Source: Methylorubrum extorquens (lineage in GTDB: Bacteria > Pseudomonadota > Alphaproteobacteria > Rhizobiales > Beijerinckiaceae). Taken from it: a DNA stretch of 32,000 nucleotides. The stretch covers positions 4,620,001 to 4,652,000 of the forward strand of contig LT962688.1 in the NCBI GenBank assembly GCA_900234795.1, read 5' to 3'. A program made the translations under genes and the position numbers. This document shows, piece after piece, positions 8,183 through 16,701 of the stretch; position 1 is the first letter of the stretch; each line of letters opens with the position of its first letter. The notes beneath the pieces are model-generated. The model had not been told where the DNA came from, did no database searches, and was given only the letters and a program-made list of their open reading frames with translations.

Positions 8183-8659
8183 TACCTATTGTCAATCCTG
8201 CGTTTTGAATTATGGTGCCGCCGTCTGGGCGGGATTGGCAAGATTGAGCCGCCAAAATCGATCCGCTTAGACGTCCTCCGTTCGGCCGGTGCGGCATGAT
8301 CCGAGGCAGGTCCTGCCCCCTGATCCAGGGCTGCACGAATGCTTCGCGCTCGTCCTCGTAGGGTGTCCCCGGGAACCGGCAGAGCTCATCCGCGGCGGTG
8401 CCTTTCGGCTTCGTCAGCGCATTCTGACGAGGTGGCAGTCGGTTCGTCGAAACTCGGCGCGTTGAAACGAGGGTCCTGATCCGCCGATCCGATGTGATCG
8501 AGTTGGATGCGACTTCAAGAATTCACCGGACGAACGCGATGGTCTGCTCACGCAGTCATTCCGCGTCAGCGAATATTTAAAGTCATATTCAAAAAAATAA
8601 TCGAGAAATTGAGCGACCAAAAAGCTCGGAAAAATCGAGCGTACACTGGAGATACGTCC

Positions 8660-9970
8660 ATGACCCAACCTACGACAACATACGTTCCACCACCGACGAG
8701 CCGATGGCTGCAATTGGTGTTCGGCATCGTCTGCATGTGCATGATCGCCAACATGCAGTACGGCTGGACGTTCTTCGTCAACCCGATGCAGGAACGGCAC
8801 GGCTGGGACCGCGCCGCGATCCAAGTCGCCTTCACCCTGTTCGTTCTCACCGAGACCTGGCTGGTGCCGATCGAGGGCTGGTTCGTCGACAAGTACGGCC
8901 CGCGGGCCGTGACGCTCGTCGGCGGCCTGTTGTGCGGGCTGGCCTGGGTGATCAACGCCTACGCCGACACGCTCTGGCTGCTCTATGTCGGGGCGGCCGT
9001 TGGCGGCACCGGTGCGGGCGCGGTCTACGGTACCTGCGTCGGCAACTCGCTGAAGTGGTTCCCCGACCGGCGCGGTCTGGCCGCCGGCCTCACCGCCATG
9101 GGCTTCGGCGCGGGCTCGGCACTCACCGTCGTGCCGATCCAGGCGGTGATCCACCATTACGGCTACGAGGCCGCCTTCTTCTGGTTCGGGATCGGCCAGG
9201 GCCTGATCGTGATGCTGATCGCCCTGTTCCTCGTCGCGCCGAAGAAGGGGCAGGTGCCCGAGATCGCCCGCGTCAGCCAGAGCCGGCGTGACTTCACGCC
9301 CGGCGAGATGGTGCGCACCCCGATCTTCTGGGTGATGTACGCGATGTTCGTGATGATGGCGGCCGGCGGCCTGATGGCCACCGCCCAGCTCGGCCCCATC
9401 GCCAAGGACTTCCATATCGCCGACGTGCCGGTGAGCCTGCTGGGGATCACCCTGCCGGCGCTGACCTTCGCCGCCACGATCGACCGGGTGCTCAACGGCG
9501 TGACGCGCCCGCTCTTCGGCTGGATCTCTGACCATATCGGCCGTGAGAACACGATGTTCCTCTCCTTCGGCATCGAGGGCGTGGGCATCTACCTGCTGAG
9601 CCAGTTCGGCCAGGACCCGATCCTGTTCGTGATCCTCACCGGTCTGGTGTTCTTCGCCTGGGGCGAGATCTACTCGCTGTTCCCGGCGACCTGCGGCGAC
9701 ACCTTCGGCTCGAAATACGCCGCCACCAATGCCGGCCTGCTCTACACGGCCAAGGGCACGGCGGCGCTGATCGTGCCCTATACCAGCATCCTCACGACGA
9801 TGACGGGGAGCTGGCACGCGGTGTTCCTGGCGGCCGCCGCGCTCAACATCCTCGCGGCGCTGATGGCGATCTTCGTCCTCAAGCCGATGCGGCAGGCCTA
9901 CACGCGGCAGGAGTCGACCGTCTTGGAGGCCAACTTGGAGGCCAAGCCGAAGACGGTCTCCGCCCACTGA
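8660..9970 (+). CDS. oxlT: MFS transporter, oxalate:formate antiporter (OFA) family, paralogue 1
   Basis: 436 aa, 12-TM MFS pattern. WLQLVFGIVCMCMIANMQYGWTFFVNP and GDTFGSKYAATNAGLLYTAKG. ATG 8660 with upstream GGAGA. About 60% identical by eye to the downstream paralogue. Confidence 0.9.
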   Translation: MTQPTTTYVPPPTSRWLQLVFGIVCMCMIANMQYGWTFFVNPMQERHGWDRAAIQVAFTLFVLTETWLVPIEGWFVDKYGPRAVTLVGGLLCGLAWVINAYADTLWLLYVGAAVGGTGAGAVYGTCVGNSLKWFPDRRGLAAGLTAMGFGAGSALTVVPIQAVIHHYGYEAAFFWFGIGQGLIVMLIALFLVAPKKGQVPEIARVSQSRRDFTPGEMVRTPIFWVMYAMFVMMAAGGLMATAQLGPIAKDFHIADVPVSLLGITLPALTFAATIDRVLNGVTRPLFGWISDHIGRENTMFLSFGIEGVGIYLLSQFGQDPILFVILTGLVFFAWGEIYSLFPATCGDTFGSKYAATNAGLLYTAKGTAALIVPYTSILTTMTGSWHAVFLAAAALNILAALMAIFVLKPMRQAYTRQESTVLEANLEAKPKTVSAH

Positions 9971-9981
9971 GGCCGCGCACG

Positions 9982-10004
9982 GGCCGGGCCGCCGCCCGGC
10001 CTTT
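9982..10004 (+). terminator. Intrinsic terminator candidate after oxlT paralogue 1
   Basis: GGCCGGGC (9982-9989), loop CGCC, GCCCGGCC (9994-10001), followed by TTT. Confidence 0.5.
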
Positions 10005-10155
10005 CGAAGAATGTCGGCGCGTGCCGGGCTCAGACGCCCGGTGCGCGCCGACGCGTTTTTCCGATCCCGACGCCGTGCATTCTTTGACCTGCTCCCGCCG
10101 ACGCGGTCGCTCCGGTGTGCCGGGTTGCCGCACCGCCACGCTTGGACTTTGCTGC

Positions 10156-10169
10156 TCTGGTATATTGTA
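10156..10169. promoter_or_regulatory. Candidate operator, site E (TCTGGTATATTGTA; also GGTAT-N5-ATGCC)
   Basis: Located 67-80 nt upstream of the oxlT paralogue 2 ATG (10236). Shares the TCTGGTAT core. Confidence 0.4.
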
Positions 10170-10235
10170 TGCCTAGCATCATTGTGCATGATGCGGCGCC
10201 AGGGGAGCACGAGAAACGTTCAGGGAGAGAACCGG

Positions 10236-11561
10236 ATGGTACACCAACCGGCAGAGCAACACGTGCCACTCCAGGCGCCTCCGGATGCGCCTTCCGCCAA
10301 GTGGTGGCAACTCGCCTTCGGCGTGCTCTGCATGGCCATGATCGCCAACCTTCAGTACGGCTGGACGCTCTTCGTCGATCCGATCGATGCGCAGCACCAA
10401 TGGGGGCGCACGGCGATCCAGTTCGCCTTCACGATTTTCGTCGCCACCGAAACCTGGCTGGTTCCGATCGAGACGTGGTTCGTCGATCGCTACGGGCCGA
10501 GCATCGTGGTGGGCTTCGGCGGCGTCATGATCGCCTTGTCCTGGACCTTGAACGCCTACGCCGATTCGCTTTCCCTGCTCTACGCCGCGGCGGTGATCGG
10601 CGGGATCGGCGCTGGCTCGGTCTACGGCACCTGCGTCGGCAACGCCCTGAAGTGGTTCCCGGATCGCCGCGGCCTGGCGGCGGGCGCGACGGCGGCGGGC
10701 TTCGGCGCGGGAGCGGCGGCCACCGTGGTGCCGATCGCCCACATGATCGCCGCGAGCGGCTACCAGAAGGCCTTCCTCGTCTTCGGGCTCGGACAGGGAT
10801 TAGTCGTCGTCCTGCTGTCCTTCCTGCTGCGCAAGCCGTCGGTCGCCGTGCCGATCCGGCGCAAGAACCTGCGCCTGCCCCAGACCAAGATCGACCGCAG
10901 CCCGAAGGAAGCGGTGCGCACCCCCGTGTTCTGGACGATGTACGCGATGTTCGTGATGGTCGCCTCCGGCGGCCTGATGGCGGCGGCGCAGATCGCGCCG
11001 ATCGCCCACGACTTCAAGGTCGCCGACGTGACGATGAACCTGTTCGGCCTGCAGATGGCCGCACTCACCCTGGCGATCTCGCTCGACCGCATCTTCGACG
11101 GGTTCGGCCGGCCCTTCTTCGGCTGGGTGTCCGACAACATCGGCCGCGAGAACACGATGTTCATCGCCTTCGTGATCGCCGCGACGGCCTGCATTCTGCT
11201 CCTCGGCTACGGGCGTAATCCGCTCGTCTTCGTTCTGTGCACGGCGATGTATTTCGGCGTGTTCGGGGAGATCTACTCGCTGTTCCCGGCCACCTGCGGC
11301 GACACGTTCGGCTCGAAATACGCCGCCAGCAACGCCGGCCTCCTCTATACGGCCAAGGGGACGGCGGCCTTCCTCGTCCCCTTGGCCAGCGTGCTGTCGG
11401 CCTCCTACGGCTGGTCGGCGGTGTTCGGCCTCATCATCGGGCTGAACATCCTGGCCGCGGCGCTGGCGGTCTTCGTGCTGAAGCCGATGCGGCGGCGCTA
11501 CCTCGCGGCGGAGGCCGAGATCGCCGACGCGGCGGAGGCTCGCGCGGTGAAGCTGGCCTAA
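10236..11561 (+). CDS. oxlT: MFS transporter, oxalate:formate antiporter (OFA) family, paralogue 2
   Basis: 441 aa. WWQLAFGVLCMAMIANLQYGWTLFVDP and GDTFGSKYAASNAGLLYTAKG. RBS GGGAGAG precedes ATG 10236. Confidence 0.9.
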   Translation: MVHQPAEQHVPLQAPPDAPSAKWWQLAFGVLCMAMIANLQYGWTLFVDPIDAQHQWGRTAIQFAFTIFVATETWLVPIETWFVDRYGPSIVVGFGGVMIALSWTLNAYADSLSLLYAAAVIGGIGAGSVYGTCVGNALKWFPDRRGLAAGATAAGFGAGAAATVVPIAHMIAASGYQKAFLVFGLGQGLVVVLLSFLLRKPSVAVPIRRKNLRLPQTKIDRSPKEAVRTPVFWTMYAMFVMVASGGLMAAAQIAPIAHDFKVADVTMNLFGLQMAALTLAISLDRIFDGFGRPFFGWVSDNIGRENTMFIAFVIAATACILLLGYGRNPLVFVLCTAMYFGVFGEIYSLFPATCGDTFGSKYAASNAGLLYTAKGTAAFLVPLASVLSASYGWSAVFGLIIGLNILAAALAVFVLKPMRRRYLAAEAEIADAAEARAVKLA

Positions 11562-11581
11562 GGACCTCGAACGATGGTCCG

Positions 11582-11608
11582 CCGCCTCGACGGCTCGCGT
11601 CGAGGCGG
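11582..11608 (+). terminator. Terminator-like hairpin after oxlT paralogue 2
   Basis: CCGCCTCGACG, loop GCTCG, CGTCGAGGCGG. Perfect 11-bp stem, no T-tract. Confidence 0.4.
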
Positions 11609-11733
11609 CGGCCGCCCCAGCCGAATTCCCAGCCATTGAATTTCCCGCCCCACCCCGACGGCTGACGAAATGACGTCTGGCCGCCTGCCGGAACCGAGGC
11701 CGGGACTGACCCTCGTGCGGGAAGAAGTAAAGC

Positions 11734-11768
11734 CGCTGGTTGGTGTGCACAAATCGGCGCAACCAGCG
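11734..11768. promoter_or_regulatory. 9-bp inverted repeat CGCTGGTTG-N17-CAACCAGCG upstream of the oxidase gene
   Basis: Perfect arms at 11734-11742 and 11760-11768. The spacer contains the palindrome TGTGCACA. An AT-rich stretch follows, and the gene start (11860) is 92 nt downstream. Confidence 0.3.
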
Positions 11769-11859
11769 CGGCAGATTGCTGAGTTGCGATCTAAACCTAT
11801 GTTTCATTTCTAATCATTGTGAGAAGGAAGTCTCCCATCGTCATCGGGAGATTCGCAGG

Positions 11860-14205
11860 GTGTCGGACTTCACTTTTCACCGTGTCGGCCGGCTTGTGAC
11901 GGCCCTGGTCTTGATGGCGGTGCCCGGTTCGTCGTTCGCGCAGGTCGCCATCGGCAACGAACCGGACCCGCTCGTGGACAACCTCCGGGTCGGGCCCAAC
12001 GCCTCCGTGGTGGGAATGTGGTCGCCGGTGAAGGGCTGGCCGCTGGTCGGCATCCACGCGACGCTGATGCCCTCCGGCACCGTCATGACATACGGCACCG
12101 CCCTCGGCGGGGACGTGCATGACGGGCGCACCTTCGACCTGTGGGACCCGGCCCGGGGCCTCGACGATCCCGCCGCGCACTACACCCTGCCGAACGCGCA
12201 GTTCATCGACAGCTTCTGCAGCGCAGCCGCCTTCCTCAAGACGGGCGCGATGCTGATCTCCGGCGGCAGTGCCGTGAGCAACAATTACTCGTCGCGGGCC
12301 AGCACCCTGTTCGACCCGAAGACCGCGACGCCGACGGCCGCCGCCTCGCAGCTCGCGTATCAGCGCTGGTACGCCTCGATGCTGACCCTGACGGATGGCC
12401 GCATCCTCATTACGGGCGGCGGCGCTCCCTACGTCGTGAACGCCTTCAGGGGGCCTGCCACCGCGATCGCCCAGGGCGACGTCTCGATGACGCCGGAAAT
12501 CTACACGCCCGGCGCCGGCTGGAGCACGCTGCCCGGTGCGACCAGTCGCGACGCGTTCGGGCCCGACTTCAATCGGTGGTGGTATCCGCGGATGTGGGTT
12601 GCGCCGAACGGCCGGGTCTTCGGGATCTCGGCCGATAAGATGTGGTCGCTCGATCCGAACGGCCGCGGCGCCACCAGAACGCTCGGCAACTTCAAGACCG
12701 GCTTCAATGCCTTCCGGCGACCGAATACCGGCCCGACCTCGACGGCGGCGATGTTCGATGTCGGGCGGATCCTGCAGGTAGGCGGCAACGGGGCCTCGAA
12801 CGAGCATGCCACGCCCTCGAGCGCGGCCGCGACGGTGATCGACATCCGCGGCGCGGCACCCGTCCTCACCGAGGTGGCGCCGATGGCCAACCCGCGGCAA
12901 TGGGCGAACTCGACAATCCTCCCCGACGGCACGGTCGCCGTCACCGGCGGCACCCGCTTTGCCGACAATGCGGGCGCCGACGCCGTCTACCCGGCCGAGC
13001 TCTGGGATCCCCGCACCGGCCGCTGGAAAACGGGCGCGAGCGCAGCCACCTATCGCGGCTACCACTCGGCGGCGGTGCTCCTGCCCAACGCCACCGTTCT
13101 GGTGACCGGCGGGGGCGTTCCCGGACCGGTCACGAACTTCAACGCGGAGATCTACTATCCGCCCTACCTGTTCAGGGCGGACAACGGCCGGCAGGTGCTC
13201 GCGCCGCGTCCGCGTGTTGCCAGCGTCGATGCCAAGACCATCGACTACGGCGCGCGGCTGACGGTCTCGCTCGCGGGCGACGACAGCATTTCCAGGGTCG
13301 CCCTCGTCGCCCTCGGGACGGCGACGCACAGCTTCGACAGCAGCCAGCGCTACATCCCGGCAGCCTTCTCCCAGACCGGCCGGACGGTGTCGGTGGTGAT
13401 GCCCGGCAGCCCCAACATCGCTCCTCCGGGCTACTACATGGCCTTCCTCCTCGACGCGGCCGGAGTTCACTCGAACGGCATCATCGTCTCGATCGGCGGG
13501 ATGGCCGCGCCCGTCGCGGGGCCGGCCGGGAAGGGGCCGATCAAGGCGCAGATCGGCGAGCTTTCGAAGCGCGTCTCGCGCGGCCGCGATGGCACGACCG
13601 TTGTCGTGAACGCCCAGGCCGGGACGCTCTGGCGGCTGACGGGCGGCCAGACCGCCGCGCCGATCCCCGCTCCGAAGCCGATGACGGACGTGGCCGTCGT
13701 GACGGCCAACAGCATCTACGGTTTGGCCACCGATGGAAGCATCCTGCGCTACAACGGCAATGCGTGGAAGCAGGTCGGGCATGGCGGCCGGACGATCTCG
13801 GCCTCGGAGGACGGGACGGTCGCCATCACGAACATCGAGGACAACATCTACGTCAAGAACGCCGACGACGACGTGGAGGCCTGGAGCTACATGCCCGGCG
13901 CCGCGCTCCGGGTCGTGCCGATGAGCCGCCTTGCCTACTGGGCGATCGGGATGGACGGCAACGTCCACCGGATCGAGAAAAGCGGAAAATGGACGCAGGT
14001 CGGGGAGAGCGTCGGCGACCTCGCGACAGCCGGAGATGGCCGCATCGCCGTCACCAACAAGTTCACCAACGAGATCTGGACGAAGGCCGGCGACGACGTC
14101 ATCCGGAACTGGCAGCACAATCCGACGAAGGCCATCAGCTTGGCGGTCGCGAGAGGGGGAAGCCTCATCACGGTCGGCCCGGACGGTAACGTCTATCGGG
14201 AGTAG
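11860..14205 (+). CDS. Secreted copper-radical oxidase (glyoxal oxidase/galactose oxidase-like, kelch + DUF1929) fused to C-terminal tectonin-like beta-propeller repeats
   Basis: GTG 11860 is preceded by GGGAG. Signal peptide (M)SDFTFHRVGRLVTALVLMAVPGSSFAQV. Cu-radical oxidase motif set: FCSAAAF (Cys), RWYASM (Tyr), YRGYHSAAV (Tyr-His), THSFD (His). DUF1929 region AEIYYPPYLF...PPGYYMAFLL. C-terminal repeats of the type W-x-[IVL]-x-x-DG-x-[IV]-[YH]-R. Confidence 0.85.
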   Translation: MSDFTFHRVGRLVTALVLMAVPGSSFAQVAIGNEPDPLVDNLRVGPNASVVGMWSPVKGWPLVGIHATLMPSGTVMTYGTALGGDVHDGRTFDLWDPARGLDDPAAHYTLPNAQFIDSFCSAAAFLKTGAMLISGGSAVSNNYSSRASTLFDPKTATPTAAASQLAYQRWYASMLTLTDGRILITGGGAPYVVNAFRGPATAIAQGDVSMTPEIYTPGAGWSTLPGATSRDAFGPDFNRWWYPRMWVAPNGRVFGISADKMWSLDPNGRGATRTLGNFKTGFNAFRRPNTGPTSTAAMFDVGRILQVGGNGASNEHATPSSAAATVIDIRGAAPVLTEVAPMANPRQWANSTILPDGTVAVTGGTRFADNAGADAVYPAELWDPRTGRWKTGASAATYRGYHSAAVLLPNATVLVTGGGVPGPVTNFNAEIYYPPYLFRADNGRQVLAPRPRVASVDAKTIDYGARLTVSLAGDDSISRVALVALGTATHSFDSSQRYIPAAFSQTGRTVSVVMPGSPNIAPPGYYMAFLLDAAGVHSNGIIVSIGGMAAPVAGPAGKGPIKAQIGELSKRVSRGRDGTTVVVNAQAGTLWRLTGGQTAAPIPAPKPMTDVAVVTANSIYGLATDGSILRYNGNAWKQVGHGGRTISASEDGTVAITNIEDNIYVKNADDDVEAWSYMPGAALRVVPMSRLAYWAIGMDGNVHRIEKSGKWTQVGESVGDLATAGDGRIAVTNKFTNEIWTKAGDDVIRNWQHNPTKAISLAVARGGSLITVGPDGNVYRE

Positions 14206-14509
14206 CCCCGCCCTTCGCCGACTCAGCCTTCAACGCTTTCGCTGTATCACGCGGGCCGGTGTCTCGGCCCGCAGCCGCTCTGGCCAGCTGCTTACGACGA
14301 GGCTGGGCACGCTTCAGGGCCGTGCCGAGTGTGATCCGAAGCCGCTGACGACAAGTCCGCGGTCGGCCCCACCTTCGGGGACCATGGCCGCCGGACGCCG
14401 GGCGGTCCGTCTCCCGACGCGTCGTCTCTGACACCCTGGATCCTGCCACTTCTTTTTCGACCGCTCCCCCGACGCTTCCCGCGTGCGGATGCAACGCCAT
14501 GCGTTTCGT

Positions 14510-14538
14510 TTGACCGGCCTGTTGGTATTTGGTATGCC
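14510..14538 (+). promoter_or_regulatory. Candidate sigma-70-type promoter of oxc (TTGACC-N17-TATGCC)
   Basis: TTGACC at 14510-14515, a 17-nt spacer, then TATGCC at 14533-14538. The -10 hexamer lies inside operator site F. Confidence 0.3.
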
Positions 14539-14541
14539 AGC
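14528..14541. promoter_or_regulatory. Candidate operator, site F (TTTGGTATGCCAGC), preceded by a second GGTAT at 14524-14528
   Basis: Matches sites A and B at 12 of 14 positions. Located 140 nt upstream of the oxc ATG. Confidence 0.45.
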
Positions 14542-14680
14542 TGTGTCGCAACAAGGCCGGCCGCCCGAGACCGGTCCGCACGCTGCGCGCGGCGCAGCAG
14601 CAGGCGCGAAACGAGCCCGGCCCGACGCCATCGGGCCCCGCGCCGGACAAGAGCATCCGCACCACAAGGGAGAACGCCGC

Positions 14681-16432
14681 ATGACCGTCCAGGCCCAGAA
14701 CATCGACGCGATCACCGCGGGCGCGATGCCCCACGAGGAGCCGGAGCTGACGGATGGCTTCCACCTCGTCATCGACGCGCTCAAGCTCAACGGCATCGAG
14801 ACGATCTACAACGTGCCCGGCATCCCGATCACCGATCTCGGCCGTCTGGCCCAGGCCGAGGGTCTGCGGGTCATCTCCTTCCGCCACGAGCAGAACGCGG
14901 GCAACGCCGCTGCGATCGCCGGCTTCCTCACCAAGAAGCCGGGCATCTGCCTCACCGTCTCGGCGCCGGGCTTCCTCAACGGCCTGACCGCGCTGGCCAA
15001 CGCCACCACCAACTGCTTCCCGATGATCCTGATCTCCGGCTCCTCCGAGCGCGAGATCGTCGATCTGCAGCAGGGCGACTACGAGGAGATGGACCAGCTC
15101 GCCATCGCCAAGCCGCTGTGCAAGGCCGCCTTCCGCGTGCTGCACGCCGCCGATATCGGCATCGGCGTGGCCCGCGCGATCCGCGCTGCCGTCTCCGGCC
15201 GGCCCGGCGGCGTCTATCTCGATCTGCCCGCCAAGCTCTTTTCGCAAGTCATCGATGCCGATCTCGGCGCGCGCTCGCTGGTCAAGGTGATCGATGCGGC
15301 CCCGGCCCAGCTCCCGGCCCCGGCCGCCATCGCCCGGGCGCTCGACGTGCTGAAGTCGGCCGAGCGTCCGCTCATCATCCTCGGCAAGGGCGCGGCCTAC
15401 GCCCAGGCCGACGAGGCGGTGCGTGCGCTCGTCGAGGAAAGCGGCATCCCCTACGTGCCGATGAGCATGGCCAAGGGCCTCCTGCCCGACACCCACCCGC
15501 TCTCGGCCGGTGCGGCCCGCTCCACCGCGCTCAAGGATTCCGACGTGGTGCTGCTGGTGGGCGCCCGCCTCAACTGGCTGCTCTCCCACGGCAAGGGCAA
15601 GACCTGGGGCGAGCCCGGCTCGAAGCGCTTCATCCAGATCGACATCGAGCCGCGCGAGATGGACTCGAACGTCGAGATCGTCGCGCCGGTGGTGGGCGAT
15701 ATCGGCTCCTGCGTCGAGGCGCTGCTCGACGGCATCCGCAAGGACTGGAAGGGCGCGCCCTCCAACTGGCTGGAGACGCTGCGGGGCAAGCGCGAGGCCA
15801 ACATCGCCAAGATGGCCCCGAAGCTGATGAAGAACTCCTCGCCGATGTGCTTCCACTCGGCCCTCGGGGCGCTCCGGACGGTCATCAAGGAGCGGCCCGA
15901 CGCGATCCTCGTCAACGAGGGTGCCAACACCCTCGATCTCGCCCGCGGCATCATCGACATGTACCAGCCGCGCAAGCGCCTGGACGTCGGCACCTGGGGC
16001 GTGATGGGCATCGGCATGGGCTTCGCCGTCGCGGCCGCCGTCGAGACCGGCAAGCCGGTGCTGGCCGTCGAGGGCGACTCGGCCTTCGGCTTCTCCGGCA
16101 TGGAGGTGGAGACCATCTGCCGCTACGAGCTGCCGGTCTGCATCGTCATCTTCAACAACAACGGCATCTATCGCGGCACCGACACCGATCCGACCGGCCG
16201 CGATCCGGGCACCACCGTCTTCGTCAAGAACTCCCGCTACGACAAGATGATGGAGGCTTTCGGCGGCGTCGGCGTGAACGTCACTACGCCGGACGAGCTG
16301 AAGCGGGCCGTCGATGAGGCGATGAATTCCGGCAAGCCGACTCTGATCAATGCGGAGATCGACCCGGCCGCCGGCAGCGAGAGCGGCAACATCGGCAGCC
16401 TCAACCCGCAGAGCACCTTGAAGAAGAAGTGA
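14681..16432 (+). CDS. oxc: Oxalyl-CoA decarboxylase (ThDP-dependent)
   Basis: 583 aa. [28 protein letters not shown], ThDP motif [43 protein letters not shown] precedes ATG 14681. The ORF-track start at 14483 is an extension. Confidence 0.95.
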   Translation: MTVQAQNIDAITAGAMPHEEPELTDGFHLVIDALKLNGIETIYNVPGIPITDLGRLAQAEGLRVISFRHEQNAGNAAAIAGFLTKKPGICLTVSAPGFLNGLTALANATTNCFPMILISGSSEREIVDLQQGDYEEMDQLAIAKPLCKAAFRVLHAADIGIGVARAIRAAVSGRPGGVYLDLPAKLFSQVIDADLGARSLVKVIDAAPAQLPAPAAIARALDVLKSAERPLIILGKGAAYAQADEAVRALVEESGIPYVPMSMAKGLLPDTHPLSAGAARSTALKDSDVVLLVGARLNWLLSHGKGKTWGEPGSKRFIQIDIEPREMDSNVEIVAPVVGDIGSCVEALLDGIRKDWKGAPSNWLETLRGKREANIAKMAPKLMKNSSPMCFHSALGALRTVIKERPDAILVNEGANTLDLARGIIDMYQPRKRLDVGTWGVMGIGMGFAVAAAVETGKPVLAVEGDSAFGFSGMEVETICRYELPVCIVIFNNNGIYRGTDTDPTGRDPGTTVFVKNSRYDKMMEAFGGVGVNVTTPDELKRAVDEAMNSGKPTLINAEIDPAAGSESGNIGSLNPQSTLKKK

Positions 16433-16467
16433 GGCGGGCACTGCCCTCCCACCGCTTCGATTGAGCC

Positions 16468-16509
16468 GGACCGCGGTGCCCGAACTGGGCGCCGCGGTCC
16501 TTTTTTTTT
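16468..16509 (+). terminator. Rho-independent terminator of oxc
   Basis: GGACCGCGGTGCCC, loop GAAC, TGGGCGCCGCGGTCC (14-bp stem with one G-T pair), followed by T9 (16501-16509). Confidence 0.85.
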
Positions 16510-16528
16510 GTCCGGCAAGCCCTTCCGT

Positions 16529-16670
16529 CCCTCATGCTGAGGTGCGGAGCGAAGCGAACGCCTCGAAGCACGCACGACGAAAGCCCTGGGACAGCCTTTC
16601 CAGACACCGGGGAGGATCAGCGTTCCGGGTTGCTTCGAGGCCCGCCGTCGCGGGCACCTCAGCATGAGGG
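16529..16670. repeat. Nested inverted-repeat (REP/MITE-like) element
   Basis: Perfect 17-bp outer arms CCCTCATGCTGAGGTGC (16529-16545) and GCACCTCAGCATGAGGG (16654-16670). Inner 10-bp arms CCTCGAAGCA (16561-16570) and TGCTTCGAGG (16631-16640). No coding capacity. Confidence 0.6.
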
Positions 16671-16701
16671 GCGGCGTTGGGCTCCACCCGCGAGACGCCC
16701 C

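Noticed and set aside
8240-8500. Possible coding remnant on the minus strand (…ALTKPKGTAADELCRFPGTPYEDEREAFVQPWIRGQDLPRIM…) in the 540-nt gap between the CBS gene and oxlT-1
   Set aside because: There is a locally high GC3 stretch but no credible start, RBS or recognisable domain, and GC3 decays downstream. It could be a gene fragment, but I cannot support a call.
8414-11807. Minus-strand ORFs 8414-10210 (598 aa) and 10800-11807 (335 aa), and the plus-strand alternative frame 10115-11218
   Set aside because: They are antisense or out of frame to the two MFS transporter genes and have no membrane or domain features of their own.
11797-14118. 773-aa minus-strand ORF and the 515-aa plus-strand alternative-frame ORF (12642-14189) across the oxidase gene
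   Set aside because: Only the 11860-14205 frame gives kelch/DUF1929/tectonin motifs. The others are Arg/Gly/Pro-rich artefacts.
14168-16441. 757-aa minus-strand ORF opposite oxc
   Set aside because: Shadow ORF antisense to the ThDP-dependent decarboxylase. The product is low-complexity and Arg/Gly/Ala/Asp-rich.
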